The notes below the pieces were generated by a model. That model was not told the origin of the DNA, searched no databases, and was given only the letters and a program-made list of their open reading frames with translations. Both the position numbers and the translations under genes were made by a program. A stretch of DNA of 31,281 nucleotides from positions 1-31,281 of the forward strand of contig DAOVIK010000001.1 of the NCBI GenBank assembly GCA_030673735.1, read 5' to 3'. Numbering within the stretch: position 1 is the stretch's first letter; each line of letters starts with the position of its first letter. The stretch is from Anaerolineae bacterium (lineage in GTDB: Bacteria; Chloroflexota; Anaerolineae; Anaerolineales; E44-bin32). Positions 17,111 through 25,706 of this stretch are shown piece after piece.

Positions 17111-18352
17111 GTGAGCCAGCTTTCGTTCTTGGGCCTGGAGCAGATGGTCTGGTCGGTAGCGGATCTCAACCGCTATCTCAGACAAATACTTGAGAGCGAT
17201 TATCGCCTGCAAGATATGTGGGTTGCAGGTGAGATTTCGAATCTTTCCCGCCCTGCCTCAGGCCACGTGTACTTCACTCTCAAGGATGCCCAAGCTTCCT
17301 TGCGCTGTGTTGTCTGGCGTCCAGATGCCGCACGTTTGCCCCGATCGATCGAAGAGGGCTTGGCCGTCGAAGTGCACGGCCACATCAGCGTCTATGAAAC
17401 TGGAGGGCAATACCAACTCTACGTCGATGATCTTCGCCCCGCCGGAGAAGGCTTGCTCTATCAAGAATTCCTGCGCCTCAAAGCACAGTTGGAAAGCGAA
17501 GGTCTGTTTGCACCGGAGCGAAAACGCCCTCTGCCTGACTGGCCCAAGCGCATCGGTGTGGTTACCTCACCCACCGGCGCAGCACTGCGCGACGTTCTCA
17601 ACGTTCTGCGGCGTCGTTTCCCATTGGCCGAAGTGATCCTGGCTCCTACAGCCGTGCAGGGGGAGAATGCGCCAGCCGGCATCATCGAGGCCCTTGGCGC
17701 ACTCAATCAGCACACGAAACCGGACGTCATCTTGTTGGTTCGCGGCGGAGGATCCATCGAAGACCTTTGGGCCTTTAACGACGAAAGTGTGGCTCGCGCG
17801 GTAGCGGCATCTCAGGCTCCGGTTGTCAGCGGCATCGGCCACGAGACCGATTTCACGATCGCTGACTTCACCGCCGATGTGCGGGCTCCCACGCCCTCTG
17901 CGGCCGCCGAAATCGCCACACCCGATGGCGCTCAATTAGCCATCAGTGTGGAACAGCGGCAGCAGGCTCTTGGGCGATCCTTGCGTGATCCGCTGCAAAA
18001 ATCGCGCTTGGCGCTGGACGCTCGAAAGGCCGCCCTGCTTCGCGCCTCTCCCCGCGCAATCATCCTCAACGCCAAGCAGCGCATCGATGATCTCCTGCGG
18101 CGCGCACAAGCAGCATCCTCCTATGATCTTAGTCTGAAACAGGAGGCCCTATTGGGACTTGCGCAAACGCTGCGCGCAGTAGGTCCTGTTTCCGTGCTGG
18201 CACGCGGCTACGCCGTCGTGCAACGCAGCGATGATAGATCCGTGGTGCGCTCGGTTGCTCAGGTATCTCCCGGCGATGCCTTGGATGTTCGCGTCAGTGA
18301 TGGTGACTTCGGCGTTGAAGTGGCCAAGAAAGCTGGGGACCAGAAAGCATAG
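17111..18352 (+). CDS. xseA: Exodeoxyribonuclease VII large subunit
   Basis: WVAGEISN, SGHVYFTLKD, RIGVVTSPTGAA, RGGGSIEDLWAFN, GIGHETD, PTPSAAAE, LARGY; start placed at GTG 17111 just after the promoter. Confidence 0.95.
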   Translation: MSQLSFLGLEQMVWSVADLNRYLRQILESDYRLQDMWVAGEISNLSRPASGHVYFTLKDAQASLRCVVWRPDAARLPRSIEEGLAVEVHGHISVYETGGQYQLYVDDLRPAGEGLLYQEFLRLKAQLESEGLFAPERKRPLPDWPKRIGVVTSPTGAALRDVLNVLRRRFPLAEVILAPTAVQGENAPAGIIEALGALNQHTKPDVILLVRGGGSIEDLWAFNDESVARAVAASQAPVVSGIGHETDFTIADFTADVRAPTPSAAAEIATPDGAQLAISVEQRQQALGRSLRDPLQKSRLALDARKAALLRASPRAIILNAKQRIDDLLRRAQAASSYDLSLKQEALLGLAQTLRAVGPVSVLARGYAVVQRSDDRSVVRSVAQVSPGDALDVRVSDGDFGVEVAKKAGDQKA

Positions 18353-18419
18353 GCCACAAGATCAACCTGTGGGAAATCTGCATACGTGACATCCGGGGTG
18401 GATGCATCCAGGAGGGACG

Positions 18420-18668
18420 ATGGCAAAGAAGAAGACCGTAAGCCAGTTCTCCTACGAAGAAGCGTTCCAGGAGTTAGATTCCATCGTCGCCCAGCTTGAG
18501 GGTGGAGAACTCCCATTGGAGAAAGCCCTGAAGCTGTTCGAACGCGGCCAGAAGTTGGCCACACGCTGCAATGAGCTGCTTGAGAAGGCCGAATTGAAGC
18601 TACGCAAATTGGTGCCGGATGATGCGGGCGAGTTCGTCGAAACCGAGTTCGATCCCGAGGAGGTATGA
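18420..18668 (+). CDS. xseB: Exodeoxyribonuclease VII small subunit
   Basis: SYEEAFQELDSIVAQLEGGELPLEKALKLFERG; SD GGAGG. Confidence 0.94.
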   Translation: MAKKKTVSQFSYEEAFQELDSIVAQLEGGELPLEKALKLFERGQKLATRCNELLEKAELKLRKLVPDDAGEFVETEFDPEEV

Positions 18669-18745
18669 GCCTTAGAGTGCAGGAGCGACGCTGTACCGAA
18701 GAATCCGATGCGTTCTTAGTTGGAGCGTGTCTCGTTATTGCGCCA

Positions 18746-20308
18746 TCAAGACTTCGATAGCAGCCGGGGAAGTTGCCTCGCTTCAGGGGCTTTCAGCAGC
18801 AGCGCAGCCAGCCAGTAGACTACCCCCCCAATCGCTACGCCACCTATCCCAAGGATCCAAGAAGCAGAGCTCTCCATTACGGCCATCCACGCGAAGACGA
18901 CCAGCGCCATCAACGACGATGCAATCACCGTCGCCAGCAGGCCGCGCCGGATGCGCGCCAGGTCCAGACCCTGCAAACGGCGGCTCATCAACCACAGCAG
19001 GACCGCCGATTCGATGGCCGTTGCCAATGAATTGGCCAGTGCCAGCCCACCAAGCGGCATCCACCCAATACGGGCAAAGAGCGCGGAGAAGCCCAAACTG
19101 AAGATGACATTGAGGGTCATGGCGGCGGCACCCACCAGCGCCGGGGTGCGTGTGTCCTTCATGGCATAAAAGGCGCGCGACACAATCTCAAGCAAGGAGT
19201 GGCCGACCAATCCGGCAGCGAACCATAGCAAAGCCCAAGCGACCTGCTCGGTAGACTGAGCGTCGAACGCGCCACGCTGAAACAAAAGGGCGACCAGAGG
19301 ACGGCGCAACAAGATCAAGCCCAGGCTTGCCGGAAGCGAGAGGAAAACCACCCCGCGCAGTGTGTTCGCCAGCGAACTGCGCATTTCCGTGATCTTTCCG
19401 CGCGCTACCTGCTCCGAGAACGTCGGCAGCGCCGCGATGGCAATCGCTTGTGCGATCACTCCCTGCGGCATCAGCATCAGCACGAATCCCAGGGTGATCC
19501 CCGTAAGGCTGCCGACGGGCTGCATCGAGGCCAGGATGGTGTTTACCAAGAAGTTGAGTTGTACGACGGCAGAACCTAACAAACGTGGAGGTATCAGCCG
19601 GCCCACCTGTCTCACGGCGGCATCCCGCAATCCGAGTGTCAGGTGGTAGCGTGGTCTGCCCTTGGGCAAGGCAGGTAGCTGGATTGCCAAGTGCATCACG
19701 GCTCCCAGGATTACGCCCCAAGCCAAGCCCAAGATACCCATGCGCGGCGCCAACACCAACACACCAACGATCCATCCCAGCCAAGACATCGTGGGGGCAA
19801 GCGCCGGAAGGAGAAAGTGCTGCTGTGCATTGAGGATCCCCATTAACAATCCGCTCAGGCCATAAATCACAGCCGTCGGCAGCAACAGGCGCAGCAGCGT
19901 TACCGTCAGGTGTTGTTGCTCAACCGCAAACCCCGGAGCGAGCGCGTGGCGCACCAACCACGGAGCAAAGATCCACACCACCGCCGCTCCAACGCTCATG
20001 ATGACGAGCACCAAGTTGGCAATCGACGATGCCAGATGCCATGCCCCTGCTCGATCATCACGGGTAAGGAAGTCGGTGAAAGTGGGAATGAAAGCCGATC
20101 CCAATGCCCCCGCCGCCATCAGGCTGAAAAGCAGGTCCGGAACCCGGTTGGCGGCGTTGAAAGCATCGATCTCTGTGCCTGTGCCGAATCCGCCGGTCAC
20201 CAGCACCCATTTGACCAAGCCGGTCAGGCTGGAGAGCACGAAGCCCACCATAACCACCCCAGCAGCTCGGGCTATCTGGCGATCCGCGGAAGCGTAGCTG
20301 TCGCTCAC
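18746..20308 (-). CDS. murJ: Lipid II flippase MurJ/MviN
   Basis: 520 aa, about 14 TM; DAFNAANRVPD, SAFIPTF, ALLFQRGAFD, RAFYAMKDTRTP. Confidence 0.93.
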   Translation of the reverse strand: MSDSYASADRQIARAAGVVMVGFVLSSLTGLVKWVLVTGGFGTGTEIDAFNAANRVPDLLFSLMAAGALGSAFIPTFTDFLTRDDRAGAWHLASSIANLVLVIMSVGAAVVWIFAPWLVRHALAPGFAVEQQHLTVTLLRLLLPTAVIYGLSGLLMGILNAQQHFLLPALAPTMSWLGWIVGVLVLAPRMGILGLAWGVILGAVMHLAIQLPALPKGRPRYHLTLGLRDAAVRQVGRLIPPRLLGSAVVQLNFLVNTILASMQPVGSLTGITLGFVLMLMPQGVIAQAIAIAALPTFSEQVARGKITEMRSSLANTLRGVVFLSLPASLGLILLRRPLVALLFQRGAFDAQSTEQVAWALLWFAAGLVGHSLLEIVSRAFYAMKDTRTPALVGAAAMTLNVIFSLGFSALFARIGWMPLGGLALANSLATAIESAVLLWLMSRRLQGLDLARIRRGLLATVIASSLMALVVFAWMAVMESSASWILGIGGVAIGGVVYWLAALLLKAPEARQLPRLLSKS

Positions 20309-20316
20309 AAGGGGTG

Positions 20317-20325
20317 ATTATAGCA
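20317..20325 (-). promoter_or_regulatory. Extended -10 promoter of murJ
   Basis: TGCTATAAT 8 nt upstream of the GTG start; no SD. Confidence 0.6.
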
Positions 20326-20482
20326 GTGCGCAGGATCGATTCCCATTGTTGGAAATCATCTCATCAACAAGTGCGGCAATCCCACGATGCAGGCTCGATC
20401 CTACCCCTCCCTCAGCCATCCGAGCGCCGGTGGATGGTGTACACTTGCGGAGAGTTGTGAGCTTCAAAGCAGGATAGCCCGG

Positions 20483-20962
20483 ATGGCAAAGAAATCTAAA
20501 CCCCGTCAAAGTTCCGACGATTGCTTGATCTGCCGCAAGCATAGCAGAGAAGCTACGGCACCCGGCGGCGCGATCTATTCGGATCCCCTGATCTACGCCG
20601 GGCACGCATCCTTTCCTGCGGACGAGACGGTCACCTATCCCGGCATTCTGGTGATCGAGCCTCGCCGACACATTCCCGGACCCGAGGATCTAACCGATGA
20701 TGAGGCAGTAGCTATCGGGCTCCAGATCGCCCGCCTCAGCCGGGCGCTCAAAGCGCGTACGGACGCCGAGCATGTATACATCTTCAGGCTGGGTCATCAC
20801 GTTCCACACCTACACGTCTTCCTGGTACCACGCTACCCAGGGACGCCCCGCCAGTATTGGGGAGTGCGCGTCGACGAATGGCCTGAGGGACCTCGCGCCA
20901 ATGCCCAAGAGATCGAAGCTCTTTGCACAGGGTTGCGCTCCTTCTTGCAGGACCAGGCTTGA
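20483..20962 (+). CDS. HIT-family protein with variant triad
   Basis: DCLIC, IEPRRH, HHVPHLHVFLVPRY; 159 aa from ATG 20483. Confidence 0.8.
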   Translation: MAKKSKPRQSSDDCLICRKHSREATAPGGAIYSDPLIYAGHASFPADETVTYPGILVIEPRRHIPGPEDLTDDEAVAIGLQIARLSRALKARTDAEHVYIFRLGHHVPHLHVFLVPRYPGTPRQYWGVRVDEWPEGPRANAQEIEALCTGLRSFLQDQA

Positions 20963-21027
20963 AGTGCCAGCGCACATATCAAGTATGTGACATCAGGGTT
21001 GATCAGCTTATGTAATAAACCGGAGCG

Positions 21028-21744
21028 ATGAAGATGTTCGCCAAATCCGCAGCACTGTACGATGCGATCTATTCCTTCAAGGATTACCAGAACGAGACCA
21101 AGATCTTGCGAGAGTTGATCGAGCGCCATAAGCAAAGCGACGGAACGGATCTCTTGGATGTTGCATGTGGAACAGGCGCGCACATCGCTTTTCTACGTTC
21201 GCATTATCGTGTCGTAGGTCTCGATCTCGACCCACAAATGGTTGAAATAGCACGTCAGAAGTTTCCTGAGATCATCTTTCACGAAGACGATATGGTGGAT
21301 TTCACACTCGATCAGAAGTTCGATGTCGTGGTATGCCTCTTCAGTTCGATCGGCTATCTAAAGACAGAAAATCGTCTATTTGCCGCCGTGCACAATATGG
21401 CGCGGCACCTCAAAACAGGCGGCGTTCTGGCCATTGAACCCTGGTTGACCCCGGATGTCTTTCAATCCGGCACGGTCCACGCCACGAATGTCGATCAGCC
21501 CGAGCTCAAAGTCGCCCGCATGAACATCAGCCAAGTTGAGGGTGATCTCTCGGTGTTTGACTTTCACTACCTTGTGGCCACTCCCCAAGGAATTGAGCAT
21601 TTCACCGAACGCCATGAACTCGGGCTTTACTCACATGATCAGTACACGCAGGCGCTCGAGCGGGCGGGCCTCGTTGTCATCCATGATCCTCATGGCCTCA
21701 GTGGAAGAGGGCTTTACCTTGGCGTGGCTTCTACAGCTGAATAA
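21028..21744 (+). CDS. Class I SAM-dependent methyltransferase (TylM1/DesVI-like)
   Basis: LLDVACGTGAH motif I, FDVVVCLFSSIGY, GGVLAIEPW; SD GGAG. Confidence 0.85.
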   Translation: MKMFAKSAALYDAIYSFKDYQNETKILRELIERHKQSDGTDLLDVACGTGAHIAFLRSHYRVVGLDLDPQMVEIARQKFPEIIFHEDDMVDFTLDQKFDVVVCLFSSIGYLKTENRLFAAVHNMARHLKTGGVLAIEPWLTPDVFQSGTVHATNVDQPELKVARMNISQVEGDLSVFDFHYLVATPQGIEHFTERHELGLYSHDQYTQALERAGLVVIHDPHGLSGRGLYLGVASTAE

Positions 21745-21882
21745 GGCAATGAATGAGCCTTATTCCCCGGCGCAGAGATTGGTGGGGGGAAACCCGCCCC
21801 TAAGGGGGCATAGCTACATTGTGAGTTCATGGCTGTACAATGGGCCAGAATTGCAGCAGCGGGTGCACCAAGAGGAGGATTG

Positions 21883-24800
21883 ATGGCCGCCAATAAAGAT
21901 AGGTTCTTGGGTGAGTTGCGCTTCGGGCAACGGCTCACGACTAGCGTCCGGGTAGCCGCCAGCGGGGTTTCCCTCTTCCTCGGGTTGATCTTTCTCGTTG
22001 CTGGCCCATCGCTGCAACTCGTTGGAAGCCTCTCCAGCGCAGCAGCCTTGGTCGCGGGTCTGGCAATCGCACTGACGCTGTTGAACATCTTTGAGTTGCT
22101 CGGCGGCAGCGGCGTGCGCGGGGGAACCTACATTCTTGTTCAAGAGACTGTCGAAGGTATTTGGGGCTTCATCACCGGATGGGCAATCGTTGCCGCCACG
22201 CTGGCGCTAAGCGCCGCCTTTGCCAGATCCGCCGCTGCTCACATTCTCCTGCTTTTCCCATTCTTGCCTATTGGCGAGGGACCGGTGGCATTGATCATCG
22301 GAACCTTGTTGATCCTGATACAGGTTTTCCGCCTGCTTCCTCGTCGGCAACGCTTGTGGTCTGTCGTGCTGACATTGCTCATCACTCTCATGCTCGTGTT
22401 GTTGTCATCCTTGTCGGCCTTCGATTCAGCGAACCTTCAGCCCGCAACACCGCCCAGACCCGGCGACTTCCTGCACGTCAGTGCATGGATCGCCATCGGC
22501 TACGTAGCTATCGAAGCCATTCTTGCCACGCGGCGTCAAGTGCGAGATGTGGCTCAACGACTGCCGCGTGCCCTTTTACTCACCCTCTCGGTAGGTATTT
22601 TCGCGATCATCCTGGCAACCTTGCTGGCTGCCGCGCTTCCAACAGCCGAATCCCCTTCGCTTGGAACGGCATTTGTGGTCGCAGTGGGCACCTTCGGTTG
22701 GCCCCCGAGTTGGGTTGTGACCATCATTGGCATCCTTGCCACAATTATGGCAACCAGCGCAAGTTTGATGACCTGCGCGCGACAGATCAACGTATTCAGC
22801 CAACAAGGCACCATTCCAGCTGCAATACGCCGGCTGCGCTCGCCATTCCGTCTTCCGCCGCTTCTATTTGGCGCCTTGTTTCTGCTTTCCGCACCATTGA
22901 TGATATTGGTGCCAGCCAATTGGCTCACCAATCTTTCGGCGGCTGCTTTTCTGGTTTCTATGATCCTCCTATGCTCGGCTGCGATTTACAGCCGACGCGC
23001 CGAGCCCGATCGGCGACGCCCCTTCCTGCTGCCATTCTTCCCACTCGTGCCCGGAATTGCATTGGCCCTCAACGTCGCCCTGCTATTGGCCGTTCCGGGC
23101 TTGCCCCTGCTCGCGCTGGCAATTTGGCTGGCGGTGGGACTGATCTTCTATATGGCATACGCACGCACTCACCAAATGGAAGCCCAGGAGGGCGTGCTGA
23201 CCTTCGGACCGGACCCACACCGTGCCAAGCCCGAAGATGTCTACCGTATTCTGGTGCCCCTCAGCGAGACCCTTGAGCGCCAATTCATGCTCGATATGGC
23301 AACCGCGCTGGCAAGCCAGATGAATGGCGAGGTTGTCCCTCTGCAGGTGATCCGGGTTGCGGATCCCCTGGCGATCGAACGCGGCAAGCGAGTTGCTCGC
23401 GAGCGCAACACGCTCTTTCAATGGTCGACGCGGGTGGCCGCGGATAGCGGTGTTCCCGCGTTCCCGGTCACCAGGCTGGCTCGTAGCGTTTCTGAAGGAA
23501 TTCTGGATACTGCCAGCGAAGAGCAATGTGATTTGATCCTCATGTCATGGGTCATCGATGCCGGCGCGCGCGGAGGGCACATGGGGCATGTGCTTGATCC
23601 GGTGGTGCGCCGCGCGCCATGCGATGTTGCCGTGGTGGCGCTGCAACACGATCAACTTCGCGAAGCCGACGAAGCTTCTACTCCTGGTGAACCCGCCCCC
23701 TCAACGCGTGTTCAGCGCATCATCGTGCCCACTGCGGGAGGACCTCACGCACCTTTGGCCACACGCTTGGCCTTGATGCTGGCCCGGCAGTATGGCGCCA
23801 ACACAACGGCGGTCTACGTAGCCGATGCGCAAGCCACGCCGGCGGAAATCGAGGAAGGGCATAGCTATATCCAACAAACCCTGGCAAAAATGCGCCAACA
23901 GGCCCAGCAACTGGCCACCTCGGATGATGAAATCGCCGCGTTGGCTGAGCTTCCCATCGAAAGCCATGTCGTTCCGGCTGACAGCGTCGTGCAGGGCATC
24001 ACTGGATCAGCAGAAGAGAGCGATCTGCTGTTCATCGGGGCTTCTGAGGAGAGCCTGATCGACCAAGTATTGTTCGGCACCATACCCGAGCAAGTGGCGC
24101 GCACATGCCCGGCGCCCGTCGTGATGGTCAAGCGCTACCGCGGCTTGCCACGCTTCTGGATGCAACGCGTTTGGGATGCTATCAGCCAAGGCTTGCCAAA
24201 TCTCACCCGCCAGCAGCAACTGTCGGTTTACAAAGAGGTGCGCAAGAACGCAATTCCTTCGGTCGACTACTTCGTCATGATCGGCCTGTCTGCCATCATT
24301 GCCACGTACGGCTTGCTTCAGGACAGCAGCGCAGTGATCATCGGTGCGATGCTCGTAGCCCCGCTGTTCACTCCCATCCTGGCCCTCAGCCTGGCGCTTG
24401 TTCAGGCTGATATCCGCCTGCTCAGGCTCGCGGTGGAGGCAACGCTCAAGGGTATCGCCTTGGCCATCGGTGTGGCCGTTTTTCTGACCGCTCTTTCCCC
24501 GCTTCGAGGCGTAACCTCCGAGATCGCAGCCCGAAGCCAACCCAACCTGTTCGATCTTGCTGTGGCGCTGGCCTCCGGCGCTGCGGGCGCGTATGCTGTG
24601 GCTCGCAAGGATGTTGCCACCGCGCTCCCGGGAGTAGCCATCGCTGCCGCGCTCGTGCCGCCCTTGGGCACAATTGGTGTCGGCTTGGCGCTGGGTGAGA
24701 TCACCGTTGCCAGAGGCGGAACCCTGCTCTTCTCTACCAACTTGATCGCCATCGTCCTGGCGGGCACGATCACGCTCCTGCTGCTGGGGTTCCGGCCCGA

Positions 24801-25167
24801 AGGACGCGGAATTCAGCGCGAGCGTCTTCGTATGGGTATCGTGATCTCCTTGGTGCTGCTCGTGCTGATCTCGATACCGCTTGCCGCGGTGTTCGTCAAT
24901 GCCGTGCAGGAATCTAGCACCAGACAAGCCATCCAGCGTGTGCTGACGCGCCAGCTAGACGACCTACCGGACCTGGTACTGGTAGAGTTCGATTTCGAGG
25001 AAGATGGGGACCAATTGAACGTGGTGGCCACTCTTTACGCCCGCGCTGAAGTGGAACCCGAAACTGCGTTACGTCTCGACAATGAGTTGGAACGGCAACT
25101 GCGGCAGCCGGTTCACCTGCACATCGTGAGTATTCCGGTGGTGGAGATTGACGCATCGCAACCCTGA
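21883..25167 (+). CDS. Fusion of APC-family permease, two USP domains and DUF389/TIGR00341 domain (1094 aa)
   Basis: SD GAGGAGG before ATG 21883; APC motifs (GGTY...GFITGW, RRPFLLPFFP); USP (RILVPL, DLILM, PCDVAVV; RIIVPTAGGPHA, DLLFIGA, PVVMVK); DUF389 (SAVIIGAMLVAPL, PNLFDLAVALASG, LPGVAIAAALVPPL). Confidence 0.85.
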   Translation: MAANKDRFLGELRFGQRLTTSVRVAASGVSLFLGLIFLVAGPSLQLVGSLSSAAALVAGLAIALTLLNIFELLGGSGVRGGTYILVQETVEGIWGFITGWAIVAATLALSAAFARSAAAHILLLFPFLPIGEGPVALIIGTLLILIQVFRLLPRRQRLWSVVLTLLITLMLVLLSSLSAFDSANLQPATPPRPGDFLHVSAWIAIGYVAIEAILATRRQVRDVAQRLPRALLLTLSVGIFAIILATLLAAALPTAESPSLGTAFVVAVGTFGWPPSWVVTIIGILATIMATSASLMTCARQINVFSQQGTIPAAIRRLRSPFRLPPLLFGALFLLSAPLMILVPANWLTNLSAAAFLVSMILLCSAAIYSRRAEPDRRRPFLLPFFPLVPGIALALNVALLLAVPGLPLLALAIWLAVGLIFYMAYARTHQMEAQEGVLTFGPDPHRAKPEDVYRILVPLSETLERQFMLDMATALASQMNGEVVPLQVIRVADPLAIERGKRVARERNTLFQWSTRVAADSGVPAFPVTRLARSVSEGILDTASEEQCDLILMSWVIDAGARGGHMGHVLDPVVRRAPCDVAVVALQHDQLREADEASTPGEPAPSTRVQRIIVPTAGGPHAPLATRLALMLARQYGANTTAVYVADAQATPAEIEEGHSYIQQTLAKMRQQAQQLATSDDEIAALAELPIESHVVPADSVVQGITGSAEESDLLFIGASEESLIDQVLFGTIPEQVARTCPAPVVMVKRYRGLPRFWMQRVWDAISQGLPNLTRQQQLSVYKEVRKNAIPSVDYFVMIGLSAIIATYGLLQDSSAVIIGAMLVAPLFTPILALSLALVQADIRLLRLAVEATLKGIALAIGVAVFLTALSPLRGVTSEIAARSQPNLFDLAVALASGAAGAYAVARKDVATALPGVAIAAALVPPLGTIGVGLALGEITVARGGTLLFSTNLIAIVLAGTITLLLLGFRPEGRGIQRERLRMGIVISLVLLVLISIPLAAVFVNAVQESSTRQAIQRVLTRQLDDLPDLVLVEFDFEEDGDQLNVVATLYARAEVEPETALRLDNELERQLRQPVHLHIVSIPVVEIDASQP

Positions 25168-25245
25168 CGCACAGCAGCCTTACTGGTCGCACATAAAAAG
25201 AGATCACTTAGCCGAGACATGGTTGAGTGCTTGCATTTAACGCGA

Positions 25246-25274
25246 GTGAGCCGGGGACGCCGACCCCGGCTCGC
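25246..25274. terminator. GC-rich hairpin downstream of the APC fusion, possible terminator
   Basis: 9-bp perfect stem GAGCCGGGG/CCCCGGCTC, extendable to 11 bp, 7-nt loop; no clear U tract. Confidence 0.4.
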
Positions 25275-25544
25275 CCAAGTAAGGAGGAGAAGAAGAGATT
25301 CCACCCTTGCACTAATAATCTATTACCTATTGATTGATCGTGCTGGTCAGATTCCTGACGCTTAACCTACGGAATCCCTACGCTGAGGGGCTTTCGGACA
25401 CAACTTGCACCTTACACACCACTTTCCCTAGCCTACATCTTCCTGGTCCGATCGAGTTGGCACCGTGCCCACAGGACGTTACCAGGCCAATTCGATATAG
25501 CGGGAGTCTCCTTTTCTAGTACATCATCAGGGTATGGTGAGAGA

Positions 25545-25572
25545 TCGACAATCTGAGCGATCGTAATACAAT
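25545..25572 (+). promoter_or_regulatory. Possible sigma70 promoter of the lactate permease
   Basis: TCGACA-16 nt-TACAAT. Confidence 0.4.
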
Positions 25573-25706
25573 GATGGAGTCAGATTGGAATCCGGTTGTT
25601 GTGGCGCCGCTGAAATTGCCTTTATAGTCGGACCTGTCTAGCCTGCGGTAGCGATTGGCCAGCAATCCAAGCCGCCCACTTTCTCCGCTATCACCTCGGA
25701 GGATCC

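Noticed and set aside
22161-24927. Long overlapping ORFs 22161-23276 (+) and 24007-24927 (-)
   Set aside because: Alternative-frame or antisense shadows of the APC-USP-DUF389 gene, expected in GC-rich DNA
25280-25310. T-box-like AAGGGTGGAATC on the minus strand
   Set aside because: The ACC of the T-box is missing, there is no recognisable stem I, and no downstream gene on that strand
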